Positions 1 through 9,256 of a DNA stretch of 18,991 nt are shown in pieces. Source of the DNA: Promethearchaeota archaeon (GTDB taxonomy: Archaea; Asgardarchaeota; Lokiarchaeia; Sigyniarchaeales; SOKP01); NCBI GenBank assembly GCA_018238625.1, contig JABCSY010000078.1:1-18991 (forward strand). Direction: 5' to 3'. The notes under the pieces were generated by a model. It made no database searches. It saw only the letters and a program-made list of their open reading frames with translations, and was not told the DNA's origin. Each line of letters begins with the position of its first letter. The first letter of the stretch is position 1. A program made the translations under genes and the position numbers.

Positions 1-1335
1 AACGGTGATCATTTTGATTCTGAAAGCAAGCCAGATATAAACGCAATCGCAACGAAAATTACTCCAGATTTCGTTCCTATGATCCGAATTATCTTTTGGA
101 ACAGTATGGGATTCTTCTTTTTCTCATTTTTGATCCCGTACGTCACAATCCAGTTATTAGGTGCTACGGGAACGGTGTTAGGGCTTACATTTTCAATACA
201 GACTATGGGTGGGTTAATCAGTGCTCCAATTGTTGGTTATTTAACTGACAGAGTTTCAAAAAAACTTTTAATCCTAATAGGGAGTTTTGGGCGTGGAGCA
301 AGCTATGTTTTAATGTATCTGGGTATTTTATTATCTTCTTTATTATTATTCGCTATTGGGATGTTTGTTTTAGGGCTTTTTGTAGGGTTTTTTTGGACAC
401 CATTAGATACATTAATTTCTGAGAAGTCAAATAAATCAAATCGTTCTTTTGCGTTCGGAAAACGAGCTGGAATGATAGGAAAAGGAAATTTGGTAGGATC
501 AATTATTAGTGTAATTGTTTTTGGTTTAGCAATTACATTTACTCCTGAAAATCTTTTTTTGGTTTACAGCCCACTAATATTGTTTGCTGCATCTAACGTT
601 CTTGGAGGTATAATTTTTCATCGTAAAGTCAACGAAGAACTCACATACGAAAAGCACATTTTCAACTTATTTCCATCCTCAGTCGAACCAATCATGATTT
701 CTAAAGAACCCGTGATACCAGATTCTTCTATAAAATCCAAGAAAAACTTAGCGACGGGATTCTTTTTTGGTTTCAGCGTATTGACCATTGCCTTTATGGT
801 GAGTAGTATGAATCAATCTTTAGCTTATCCCTTCTTTCAAGTTTATTTGATTGAAGAATTGAAAGTTGAGATGCCTATTCTTGTAATGTTGATTTATTTT
901 CCCGCTCAGGTATTATCTCTGTTATTTGCTCCTAAATTAGGTAAAATTGCTGATAAAGTAAATCCCATATTAGGGGTTGCAGTTGTAAGCGGTTTTGGGG
1001 CGTTAGCAACCTGGTTTATAATTAATTCTACATCGGGATTCATGTTTGGTTTTGTTTTACTTTTTGATGCGACTTTTGCTTGGGGAGGTAACTTAATTTT
1101 ACAAAATGTCCTCAGTCGAATATCAAAAATCCACCGTGGAAAAGTTTTTGGTGCTGCACAGTGGTTAAGCTTATTAGGTGCAGTTCTAGGTCCAACTTTA
1201 GGAGGCTTGGCTTGGGATAGTTTAGGACCAAGCGCTCCTTTCATGATCTCAATATTTATCGAGCTATCCGTAATTCCTTTGTATACAATAGCGATTATTT
1301 CTTTGAAACCATATATGGCAGAAAAAGTAGATTAG
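1..1335 (+). CDS. Major facilitator superfamily (MFS) transporter, possibly 5'-truncated by the window edge
   Basis: About 12 hydrophobic helices in two halves. MFS motif-A-like GYLTDRVSKK and GKIADKVNP; late GAVLGPTLGGLAWD. The frame is open from base 1 (NGDHFDSESKPDINAIATKITPDFVP) into the ATG at 79, so the true start may lie upstream. Confidence 0.9.
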   Translation, partial: NGDHFDSESKPDINAIATKITPDFVPMIRIIFWNSMGFFFFSFLIPYVTIQLLGATGTVLGLTFSIQTMGGLISAPIVGYLTDRVSKKLLILIGSFGRGASYVLMYLGILLSSLLLFAIGMFVLGLFVGFFWTPLDTLISEKSNKSNRSFAFGKRAGMIGKGNLVGSIISVIVFGLAITFTPENLFLVYSPLILFAASNVLGGIIFHRKVNEELTYEKHIFNLFPSSVEPIMISKEPVIPDSSIKSKKNLATGFFFGFSVLTIAFMVSSMNQSLAYPFFQVYLIEELKVEMPILVMLIYFPAQVLSLLFAPKLGKIADKVNPILGVAVVSGFGALATWFIINSTSGFMFGFVLLFDATFAWGGNLILQNVLSRISKIHRGKVFGAAQWLSLLGAVLGPTLGGLAWDSLGPSAPFMISIFIELSVIPLYTIAIISLKPYMAEKVD

Positions 1336-1360
1336 AGAAATCATTTCTCAAAGAAGCAAT

Positions 1361-2656
1361 TTAAGCTAATTCTTTATTTAACCTATTTGCAACCTCAATT
1401 GATAACCTAAAAATGTTATTTAAACCCTTTTTAGAAACTAAACTCATCTTATCTTTTTTAGAATGGACATATTTTATGCATCCAGAAGAACCAAGTACGC
1501 AAGCCTTATAACCCAAGTTTACGATGGGCATATGATCTCCAGCTGCTCCTATAGGAAAATAAATCTCCTTTATTTCAATCCCTAAATCTTTACTACTATT
1601 CCTAAATAGCTCGTTTAATTTTGTACTGGTTTGTTTCTTCGGAATTCCGTGGGATGTAACGTTTCTTAGCACGCCATGTGCACCGACAAGATCGTAGTTT
1701 ATAAAATATGTTATGTCTTTATCTAATTCATTTTTGTGTTTCTGGATGAAATCAATCGCGCCCCCTAAGTTAAGTTCTTCAGAACCCGTAATTAAAAACG
1801 TAAAATCAATATTTTCCAGAGGATTGTTCTTAAAATATTTCGAAAGGGCAATGACTGTTCCAACGCTCGTAGCGTTATCAGTTGCTCCTGGAGATTTATT
1901 CCCGACTTTATTGAAAAAGTTCAATATTGCTAATATCCCTATTGCTATGCTAACGCCTAAAAGGATGTTATCCAATGTGATATTATTAAACGTAAAAAAC
2001 ATCTTTAAAACGCTTAAGACGAAAAATACTACTAAAAGAATTATTCCGCCAAAAATTGAGACCATTATTAAATAAATCCTAATAATTGAAGAGAACACTT
2101 GAGATTTCGAATCGTAATGAGCCATAAAGATAAGATTGGCCAAAGAATTCTTGCTTTCTAAATTTACGTAAATATTTTCAGTTTCGAAGTTATACCTATC
2201 ATTCTTCATCAATTTTATCTTAGTTGAATCTAAAATGTTACTTAACTTCATTATACTTATTACAATTAGAATAATGATAACCAACGAGAAAATTGGTAAA
2301 ATGTAATGAGATATAGCTAAAAGGATATATAATATTCCCAAAATCAAAAACAAAAGTTCGATCCTCTTCCAATTGTATAGTGAAGTTTTAAATTTCTCGC
2401 GATTGACGGTACTATAACCCATCTTTTCAAACTCGTCTACGACTACTTTGACTGCCTTTTTTTCTCCTTCTGAGCCAACTAATCGAGGAAACGATAAACT
2501 TTTAGTAATTTCATACGGCAAATTTTCATCTATTGACATAGCTAAATTTTCATCTATTGATATAACTAAATTTTCATCTAATGATATAGCTAAATTTTCA
2601 TCTATTGATATAACTAAATTTTCATCTAATGATATAGCTAAATTTTCATCTATCAT
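1361..2656 (-). CDS. Membrane-embedded M28-family zinc aminopeptidase with an N-terminal 8-aa repeat
   Basis: M28 ligand motifs AHYDS, GATDNATS, GSEELNLGG, NYDLVG, GDH, YVHSKKD, plus N-terminal RLVGSEGEKKA. Two pairs of TM helices are inserted. An alternative start exists at the ATG at 2539 (MSIDENLP). Confidence 0.88.
   Translation of the reverse strand: MIDENLAISLDENLVISIDENLAISLDENLVISIDENLAMSIDENLPYEITKSLSFPRLVGSEGEKKAVKVVVDEFEKMGYSTVNREKFKTSLYNWKRIELLFLILGILYILLAISHYILPIFSLVIIILIVISIMKLSNILDSTKIKLMKNDRYNFETENIYVNLESKNSLANLIFMAHYDSKSQVFSSIIRIYLIMVSIFGGIILLVVFFVLSVLKMFFTFNNITLDNILLGVSIAIGILAILNFFNKVGNKSPGATDNATSVGTVIALSKYFKNNPLENIDFTFLITGSEELNLGGAIDFIQKHKNELDKDITYFINYDLVGAHGVLRNVTSHGIPKKQTSTKLNELFRNSSKDLGIEIKEIYFPIGAAGDHMPIVNLGYKACVLGSSGCIKYVHSKKDKMSLVSKKGLNNIFRLSIEVANRLNKELA
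2520..2653. repeat. 24-bp tandem repeat, about 5.6 copies, with a 48-bp higher-order unit
   Basis: Units aaattttcatcta(t/a)tga(c/t)ata(g/a)ct start at 2520, 2544, 2568, 2592, 2616, with a partial unit at 2640. Segment 2544-2591 is identical to 2592-2639. Encodes (I/L)DENL(A/V)(I/M)S. Confidence 0.97.
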
Positions 2657-2727
2657 ATAAAATCTTTATACAAGATATTTATATTTACCCATCAAAAAAT
2701 TTTAAAATAAAAAATAGAACATGAATT

Positions 2728-3660
2728 TTAAAGAAATGATCTAAACCATTCTAATGGAAGCTTACTTTTGACCTTCTCCAAAAACTCTGGCATCGTTAAT
2801 ATTCCTAAATCGGAGATTATTTCTTTAAAATAGTTAGATGGGGTTATATCAAAATAAAGATTATGGACTTTAAACAATTCTTTTTTAATTTTTTTAGAAT
2901 ATACCTCATAGATTGGCTTGGTTTCAACAATTATTTTCTGGTTATAATGACTTTTTATATTATATTTAAAAGTATCCCCAACTGCGTAAACATCCTTGTT
3001 ATTCGCAGCGGCAATACATGCTAAAGGATAACTCCCTATCTTATTTACTATTGACCCATCTCGCAGTACGCTATCAATTCCAAGAAGAACTATATCAACT
3101 TTTTTGATGAACTTCCCCATCGCTGAATCTGTTATTAAATGCGTTTCAAAATTAGAAGACAATATTTCGGCGGTACGTCGTCCTTCAAGTAAAGGACGGG
3201 ATTCTAAAACGTAAAAAGTAAAATCGTTTTTTGTATTGTCCTTCAAATGCTTAATAATTGTAGTACTGTAAGAGATTAACATTACTTTGAGATTTTCCCC
3301 TTCGAATCTATCTAAAAACGAATGAAACGAGGAAGTTAAAGCGTTGTCTATCCTTAATCTTTCCACAGGAAATGTCTTTAATTTTTCTAAAAGTGTTTGT
3401 TTGCTGAAAAATTCCAAATCATGAATAAAATATCCAAAAGTATTGATAATAGGAGCCATACTTGGGCGAACGGTAAATAATTCTTTAGATAATTCAAATA
3501 TATCTTCTTTGATATCCATATTAGGATCTTTTATAGTACGAAGATAGGCTTCTAAAATTTCAAGTGCGATTTCTATTAATTCACTCGCTCCAGAAGTTTT
3601 ATCTGTTTTTAAATCGTGTATCATGTGTAAAATGGTTTTGTTAATCATAATTATTTTCAC
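2728..3660 (-). CDS. eIF2B alpha/beta/delta-family protein (aIF-2B-like)
   Basis: Motifs TSGASEL, RPSMAPIIN, ESRPLLEG, GIDSVLRDGSIVNKIGSYPLA, FDITP, IISDLG. The real start may be the ATG at 3648. Confidence 0.88.
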   Translation of the reverse strand: MKIIMINKTILHMIHDLKTDKTSGASELIEIALEILEAYLRTIKDPNMDIKEDIFELSKELFTVRPSMAPIINTFGYFIHDLEFFSKQTLLEKLKTFPVERLRIDNALTSSFHSFLDRFEGENLKVMLISYSTTIIKHLKDNTKNDFTFYVLESRPLLEGRRTAEILSSNFETHLITDSAMGKFIKKVDIVLLGIDSVLRDGSIVNKIGSYPLACIAAANNKDVYAVGDTFKYNIKSHYNQKIIVETKPIYEVYSKKIKKELFKVHNLYFDITPSNYFKEIISDLGILTMPEFLEKVKSKLPLEWFRSFL

Positions 3661-3965
3661 TCTATGATTTATTGATTTAAAAAAAAAATTTTGTTGTTAA
3701 AATAGAAATAGTAAGAACATAAATATATAATTTCAGAGAGAAAATTTTTCCTAAAAAAGTTTAAGTTTTAAATTATTCGTTTTTGAAAAGACTATCAGCT
3801 ATTTTAACATAATCTGGAACAAAATGAGTCTTCAATAAATTAGAATTTTCCGTTGAAAATAAATTCCTAATTTTCACTTCAAAACATAATATCGAAATGA
3901 GAAATAGCAAATTATAAATTAATACATTGTTATGGAAATTATGTATATTTTATAGGTTAATTATT

Positions 3966-5044
3966 ATGATTCTTCAAAATGGCTCTAATCAATTTTATCT
4001 AACGAGTCTAATAATGAATATCATTAATATAGTTTTATTTTTGCTATTTATTGTATTTGTATTTAAAGGACATCAACGTCGGCGGAAGGCACCCTATATT
4101 AGTCTTGCAATTCTTTTTGGATTGATTGGAAATTCTTTAGCAAGTATACCTCTAAAATCTAATATAACATTATTTCTTGGAGTTCTTCTTGTAAGTATAT
4201 CATTCTTTTTTATATTTCTCCATTATGAAATGATCTCAAGAGAGAAAGCTAATATTCTTGTTTGTGGTTTCCTAATAGGTTTGAATATAACCATTTTTTC
4301 TCTAATTATAATATATTTAATCTACAATTTGAATAGCTATTCGATATATTATACAATAAAATTCCTCTGTTCATTATGCGGGATAACAGCAATGATTCGT
4401 TCAATTGTTATAATTTATAGAGTACATCATTTAGCTAAAATCATTGCTACAAAACTAGAATTATATGCTGTAACATTTTTATTTACTTATCGATTTGTAT
4501 TTCTAATAAGGGATGTTTTTGTAATATTTGAAGATTTATTAACATATATTGGTTTAATACCTTTAATTATTGGAATTTTAATTCTTTTATTGAATTACAT
4601 TATTCATCCTGACTACATTTATCTGCTTCCATTTCCAATTCATAGTTTTATGCTTTATAATGAAAGTGGTTTATTGATGTATAGTAAACGCGTGCATATC
4701 GAAGCATTTAAAGAAAATTTTCAAGGAATTTTAATAACCGGTGTATTTACTGCCATATCAGCCCTTATTCAAGAAACGCTGGGAACAGGAGCAAAATTAA
4801 AACAAATTAACGCTGAGCAATACCAAATCTATTTTATTAATTTACCAAGAAAAAAGGAACTTTAGCCATAATATCCCTTGGATCGACGCATTTTTTTAAA
4901 AAATCTTTAAATCGATTTGCACAGGCGATTCCAGAGACTTTACTTGAGAAAATGAATACTATAGGGATAAATACAAAAAAAATTGAACCTGAAATTGATT
5001 TAATACTAAACAATTCATTTCCTTATGTCAATTTGAATAATTAA
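3966..5044 (+). CDS. Seven-TM membrane protein fused to a C-terminal longin-like domain, split by a -1 frameshift at about 4850-4856
   Basis: Seven hydrophobic segments, then FMLYNESGLLMYSK...LITGVFTAISALIQETLG. Frame 0 stops at 4863-4865. The -1 frame continues KGTLAIISLGSTHFFKKSLNRFAQAIPETLLEKMNTIGINTKKIEPEIDLILNNSFPYVNLNN to TAA at 5042-5044. ATG 3966 is preferred over TTG 3927. Confidence 0.7.
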
Positions 5045-5173
5045 TAGTTATGCTGGTAAGATATAGCCGTATAAGGAAAGGATATCGAAATACAAAAACA
5101 GAAACTCAAAATTTTCATCTTTTAAATTGCAGTTTTTAAAAAGTATTAAACTCATGCTTAATATATACCATTA

Positions 5174-6619
5174 ATGACGCCATCTAAAACTTTTAACTTA
5201 AACGTTAAAGATATTTCATTTATTAACAATATTCAATCAATGGCAGTTGTAGGTCCTTCAAAGAAACGAAACTTCTTTTTCCTTAGGAATCACCAAGAAA
5301 ACTTTAAGGGAGAACTCTATGTTGTCCACCCCAAAGTCAAAGAAATCCCTAATTTTCCCTCAGAAAACATTTATTCTTCTATTAAAGATATTCCTGGAAA
5401 AGTTGATTTTGCTTTTATTACAGTGCCCGCGTTGCAAGTATTAAATGTCATCGACGATTGCGTGCAGAAAGGTGTTAAATTAGTCACTATATTTACAGCA
5501 GAGTTTTCCGATGCAGGAACTGAAAAGGGTCATCGCTTAGAGAGGGAATTGATAAAACGCGCTCAAAATAAAGTAAGAATTCTTGGACCCAATGGCATGG
5601 GGATATTTTACCCAAAATTAGGAATAGCTTGGCGTTCAAAATTCCCAACGACTCCTGGAAATATCGGGTTTATAGGTCAATCAGGAGGAGTATGTAATAT
5701 TGCTATTTATACTGCGAAAGAAATGGGCATTCATTTTTCCAAAGTATTCTCATTTGGGAACGGAGCAGATTTAGACTTCATAGATATTTTACATTTTTTA
5801 AGCAACGACGATGAAACTGACTTGATTTTGTGTTACTTAGAAGGTATTAAAGAAAATCGAGGAGATGACTTAAGACAAGTTCTTGCTGATAGCAAAAAAC
5901 CGATCGTAGTTTTAAAAGGTGGAAAATCCGAAAGTGGGGCGCAAGCAGTTAAAACTCACACAGCGTCTCTCTCGGGTAATACTCAAATTTGGAACACTAT
6001 TTTCAAACAACACAATCTTATTGAAGTTGAAACGCTAGAACAATTGATGCATACTGCGCGGTTAATAGACTTCTACGGCATTAATGAATTACAAAATATT
6101 GCTGTTTTCAGTTTAAGTGGCGGTTATGGGGTTATCTTAGTTGATCTAATTGAAAAATTCAGAATGAATGTACCACAATTTAGCCCTAAAATTCAAGAAC
6201 AATTGGATAAAAAATTCGTTATTCGTGGTACAAGTTCTAAAAACCCTTTAGATGTAGCAGCGCAACTATTTTACAGTCAAAGCATTAAGGAAATAATCGA
6301 TCTTGCTTTATCCGACGAAATAATCGACGCTCTAATCATGGACCTTCCAAGCTGGTATTTTGATCCCGAGTATTCCATAACCTCAGCTGAGAACTTTGAA
6401 GTTGATATGCTTGAGGCTTTTAATTTAGGACATAAACACAATAAACCATTAATTCCAATTTTAGAGAGTGCTCACCGTCCAGATCAAAGTGATCGCATTT
6501 CAAGGGTATTAGCAAAAAAGAAAGTACCTGTATTTGGAAATCCTCTTGAATTCATTCCTTTATTACCAAAAATTACTAACTATAAGAGAAAATTAAAAAA
6601 TAAAAAAAAAATTTATTAA
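5174..6619 (+). CDS. acdA: ADP-forming acetate/acyl-CoA ligase alpha subunit (CoA-binding protein)
   Basis: CoA-binding Rossmann start MAVVGPS; RILGPNGMG; GQSGG; SFGNGADL; YLEG; LKGGKS; phospho-His motif KTHTASLSG; SGGYG; NPLD. No ATP-grasp beta subunit is present in the window. Confidence 0.88.
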   Translation: MTPSKTFNLNVKDISFINNIQSMAVVGPSKKRNFFFLRNHQENFKGELYVVHPKVKEIPNFPSENIYSSIKDIPGKVDFAFITVPALQVLNVIDDCVQKGVKLVTIFTAEFSDAGTEKGHRLERELIKRAQNKVRILGPNGMGIFYPKLGIAWRSKFPTTPGNIGFIGQSGGVCNIAIYTAKEMGIHFSKVFSFGNGADLDFIDILHFLSNDDETDLILCYLEGIKENRGDDLRQVLADSKKPIVVLKGGKSESGAQAVKTHTASLSGNTQIWNTIFKQHNLIEVETLEQLMHTARLIDFYGINELQNIAVFSLSGGYGVILVDLIEKFRMNVPQFSPKIQEQLDKKFVIRGTSSKNPLDVAAQLFYSQSIKEIIDLALSDEIIDALIMDLPSWYFDPEYSITSAENFEVDMLEAFNLGHKHNKPLIPILESAHRPDQSDRISRVLAKKKVPVFGNPLEFIPLLPKITNYKRKLKNKKKIY

Positions 6620-6636
6620 AATTTTAAAAATTACAA

Positions 6637-8907
6637 TTATCTAAATAATAATCGATAGCGCCAATATTTGTTAAGAGCAAGTGCTTCGAAAGAATATGAT
6701 GTTTTGAATGTGTGTTCATATCCTGGTTGGTTAGCAACCACAAATATACTTATGGTCTCAAAAATAGGTTTAATACCAATTAGAAATAGCTCTTCACTTC
6801 CTTCTTCGGTATCATCATCGAGATCCATTGAAAATACATCGTAATAACTCTCCCCTCTAGTATTCATAATATTGATAAAGCTTGCCTCAAAATCATTATA
6901 AGCAAACTCATCGTTTCTATGCCATCCAGTATTCACAGTCCAAGTAGGATCAGCTTCTTCAACATCGTAGATATAACTAAGTTCGGGTATTTCAATGTCG
7001 TCAACATACCATCCTGAGCCAAGCACATATCCATCACTCCAGTATGTAAAGAATAAAGTTATATTTTTGCCCGCGAAAGGTGTAAGATCCATTACTTCTG
7101 TGTACATACCACCACTATCGCCTGTAAATGCGTTCCATCTTTCTGCAGCAAAGTAAGTTAATGGTTCTACATCATCTGGACAATTGGGATTGTTATTATC
7201 TTCGGCATTAGGAAGAGTTGAGGTAGTCTTAGTTCCTGGAAGTGTATACCATTCACCAGTATCAGTATCATAAACTTCTACATACCCGTAATCCCAATCT
7301 GCCTCTATTGAAAAAGAGTTCCAGAATGTCAATGATGCTCCCGTTTCAGGTATACTAAAGTTATGACCCAGTCTAAACCATGACCAAGCTTCTCCACCTG
7401 AGTACCAATTATAAACACCATTTGGTAAAGCGCCACAGAAATCATCGCCGTCAAAAGCAAAGTCCACTAATACTATTCCATTCATGCTGAATTCTACATA
7501 GTTCACTACATAGGAGTAAAAATCACCATAAGGATAAGGAGCTCCAAAAGTGGGATATTTTCCTACCAAAAAGTCAAAATCTTGTTTATATGCAGAGTCC
7601 CAATAAGCCATAGAAGATTGTATACTCTCACCTCCTGAATCAGCAGAAGGAATATCTAACTCGTAATAACCATAAATTCCGTCCTCCGCAATATCTACAT
7701 TATCCAAGTAGTTAGCGATTGCCCAATCTTGGAATATGTCATCGAATGTTTTATCAGTACGCCCTTCAAGTACATTATTCCAGCCCTTTATTCCATTGTC
7801 CTCATCATGAACAAGATCCCATATCAACCCTTTTTCTCCTTCATTAGGTTCTCCTCCATAATGTTCATACATATAGTATGTCCACAGGAACGATGCTCCG
7901 TAGTCAGCTAAATAACCTTCCCAAATTGTCAATGGGGTATCCCAGAACCACATAAGATATTCTGATATATGTCCTGGTGAGAAACCATATCCACAAAGCC
8001 ATTCAGCCAAAGTTGCACAGCCTTCATCTACCCATGAAAATTCGTCAGGATCTACGTCATAATGGACGAGGTGTTGAAATTCATGAGCAAATGTACCTTC
8101 GTATTGGTTTGGTAAAGGTGTGTAATCTTGGTAAGGGTATGGAAGTATTGGGTCATCTCCAAGACGTCTCCACCACTGATATGTATCCATATGGAATATG
8201 TTTGCATCATTGGTGTTACTAATAAAAGACCAGAAGTAGCCCATTATAAACCAAGGGGCAGTCTCAGGATCAAAGAAGAGTCCATCACGAATGTTGAATA
8301 TTAAAATCTGAGTCTTATTATCTTCTAGAGGACCTGGGCGAACAGCATATTCACCGAAGTTGGAAACAACAGTGTCGTGTATACCGTTTTCCTGATCAAA
8401 TTCTTCCATAATGTATTCTAGATCCTCATAAGTTATCCAATCATGATATTCCGGCTGTAAATAGTACCCTTGTGACAGGTCGGCATAATCGTTTGGTATA
8501 CCTTCAGCTGTCCATGGGTAAGCAAAATACCAAACATCTCCCGGACCATATCCATTATTATCATCATTATAATAATAATCTTGGTAACCACCATCCCACA
8601 CATCGGAAGCCAATCCAATCCAGATGTTAGCTCTATCACCTTCTAAGACACACTCGAAATCTTGATAATATGTTGTCATGTTATAATCATCAGAAACAGA
8701 TACTGTCCATGTGTTTCCTGTATCAATATCTAATCCCTCGTATGTTTTACCTTTAAGGTTTGGTGTGCCACTTACGCCCTCTAAATCCCATATTTCATTA
8801 TAGTCTGGAGCTTCTTTAATATCTGCTCTGATATATAACATCATCGAAAAGCTACCAATGGTTAAGAAAGCGAAGACAATTAATATTGTAAATAGTTTTT
8901 TTCTCAT
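6637..8907 (-). CDS. Secreted zinc metalloprotease, immune inhibitor A (M6)/M30-like, with a C-terminal beta-sandwich domain
   Basis: Signal/anchor MRKKLFTILIVFAFLTIG; zinc motif FAHEFQHLVH followed by WVDEGCA; InhA-like C-terminal FWNSFSIEADWDYGYVEV and FTYWSDG...GWYVDDI. ATG at 8907; the ORF track uses GTG at 8916. Confidence 0.8.
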   Translation of the reverse strand: MRKKLFTILIVFAFLTIGSFSMMLYIRADIKEAPDYNEIWDLEGVSGTPNLKGKTYEGLDIDTGNTWTVSVSDDYNMTTYYQDFECVLEGDRANIWIGLASDVWDGGYQDYYYNDDNNGYGPGDVWYFAYPWTAEGIPNDYADLSQGYYLQPEYHDWITYEDLEYIMEEFDQENGIHDTVVSNFGEYAVRPGPLEDNKTQILIFNIRDGLFFDPETAPWFIMGYFWSFISNTNDANIFHMDTYQWWRRLGDDPILPYPYQDYTPLPNQYEGTFAHEFQHLVHYDVDPDEFSWVDEGCATLAEWLCGYGFSPGHISEYLMWFWDTPLTIWEGYLADYGASFLWTYYMYEHYGGEPNEGEKGLIWDLVHDEDNGIKGWNNVLEGRTDKTFDDIFQDWAIANYLDNVDIAEDGIYGYYELDIPSADSGGESIQSSMAYWDSAYKQDFDFLVGKYPTFGAPYPYGDFYSYVVNYVEFSMNGIVLVDFAFDGDDFCGALPNGVYNWYSGGEAWSWFRLGHNFSIPETGASLTFWNSFSIEADWDYGYVEVYDTDTGEWYTLPGTKTTSTLPNAEDNNNPNCPDDVEPLTYFAAERWNAFTGDSGGMYTEVMDLTPFAGKNITLFFTYWSDGYVLGSGWYVDDIEIPELSYIYDVEEADPTWTVNTGWHRNDEFAYNDFEASFINIMNTRGESYYDVFSMDLDDDTEEGSEELFLIGIKPIFETISIFVVANQPGYEHTFKTSYSFEALALNKYWRYRLLFR

Positions 8908-9004
8908 TTTTATCACGTAAAGTTATGTGTTATTAAACCTAAAATAATAAAGATAAAAAGAAATCGGGTATAATTTTCCCCATTTGACATTTTTGTAAAA
9001 GATA

Positions 9005-9256
9005 GTGACGGCTTCAAATTTCTCTAACTTAAATGTATAAGATCTTTCCTTCATTACCGATATCGAATTAATGGCAGTTATTGGTCCGTCAAAAAAGCGA
9101 AATTATTTTTTCCTTTTTAACCATCAAGAGAATTTTAAGGGGATTCTATATGCTGTCCATCCCACAGTTAAAGAGATACCGAATTTTCCTAAAGAAAATA
9201 TAATTTCTTCAATTAAAGACCTTCCAAGTTGGTATTTTGATCCCGAATATTCTATA
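9005..9256 (+). pseudogene. Internally deleted remnant of an acdA paralog
   Basis: Reads MTASNFSNLNV*DLSFITDIELMAVIGPSKKR...SSIKD, matching the acdA N-terminus (42/50 aa identical from MAV to IKD), with a premature TAA at 9038-9040. It then jumps directly to LPSWYFDPEYSI (acdA about 6341-6379). Confidence 0.92.

Noticed and set aside
1335-1349. Palindrome gagaaatcatttctc between convergent genes as a terminator
   Set aside because: Weak AT-rich 6-bp stem with no U-tract; insufficient evidence.
2520-2653. Repeat array as a CRISPR
   Set aside because: Units are contiguous with no unique spacers, are in frame within a CDS, and no cas operon is present.
906-2660. Antisense ORFs 906-1244, 1713-2075 and 2448-2660
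   Set aside because: Shadows of the MFS and M28 genes; the last stays open largely because the repeat unit has no stop in that frame.
5109-5120. aaattttcatct matching the tandem repeat unit
   Set aside because: A 12-bp AT-rich match is plausible by chance in this composition.
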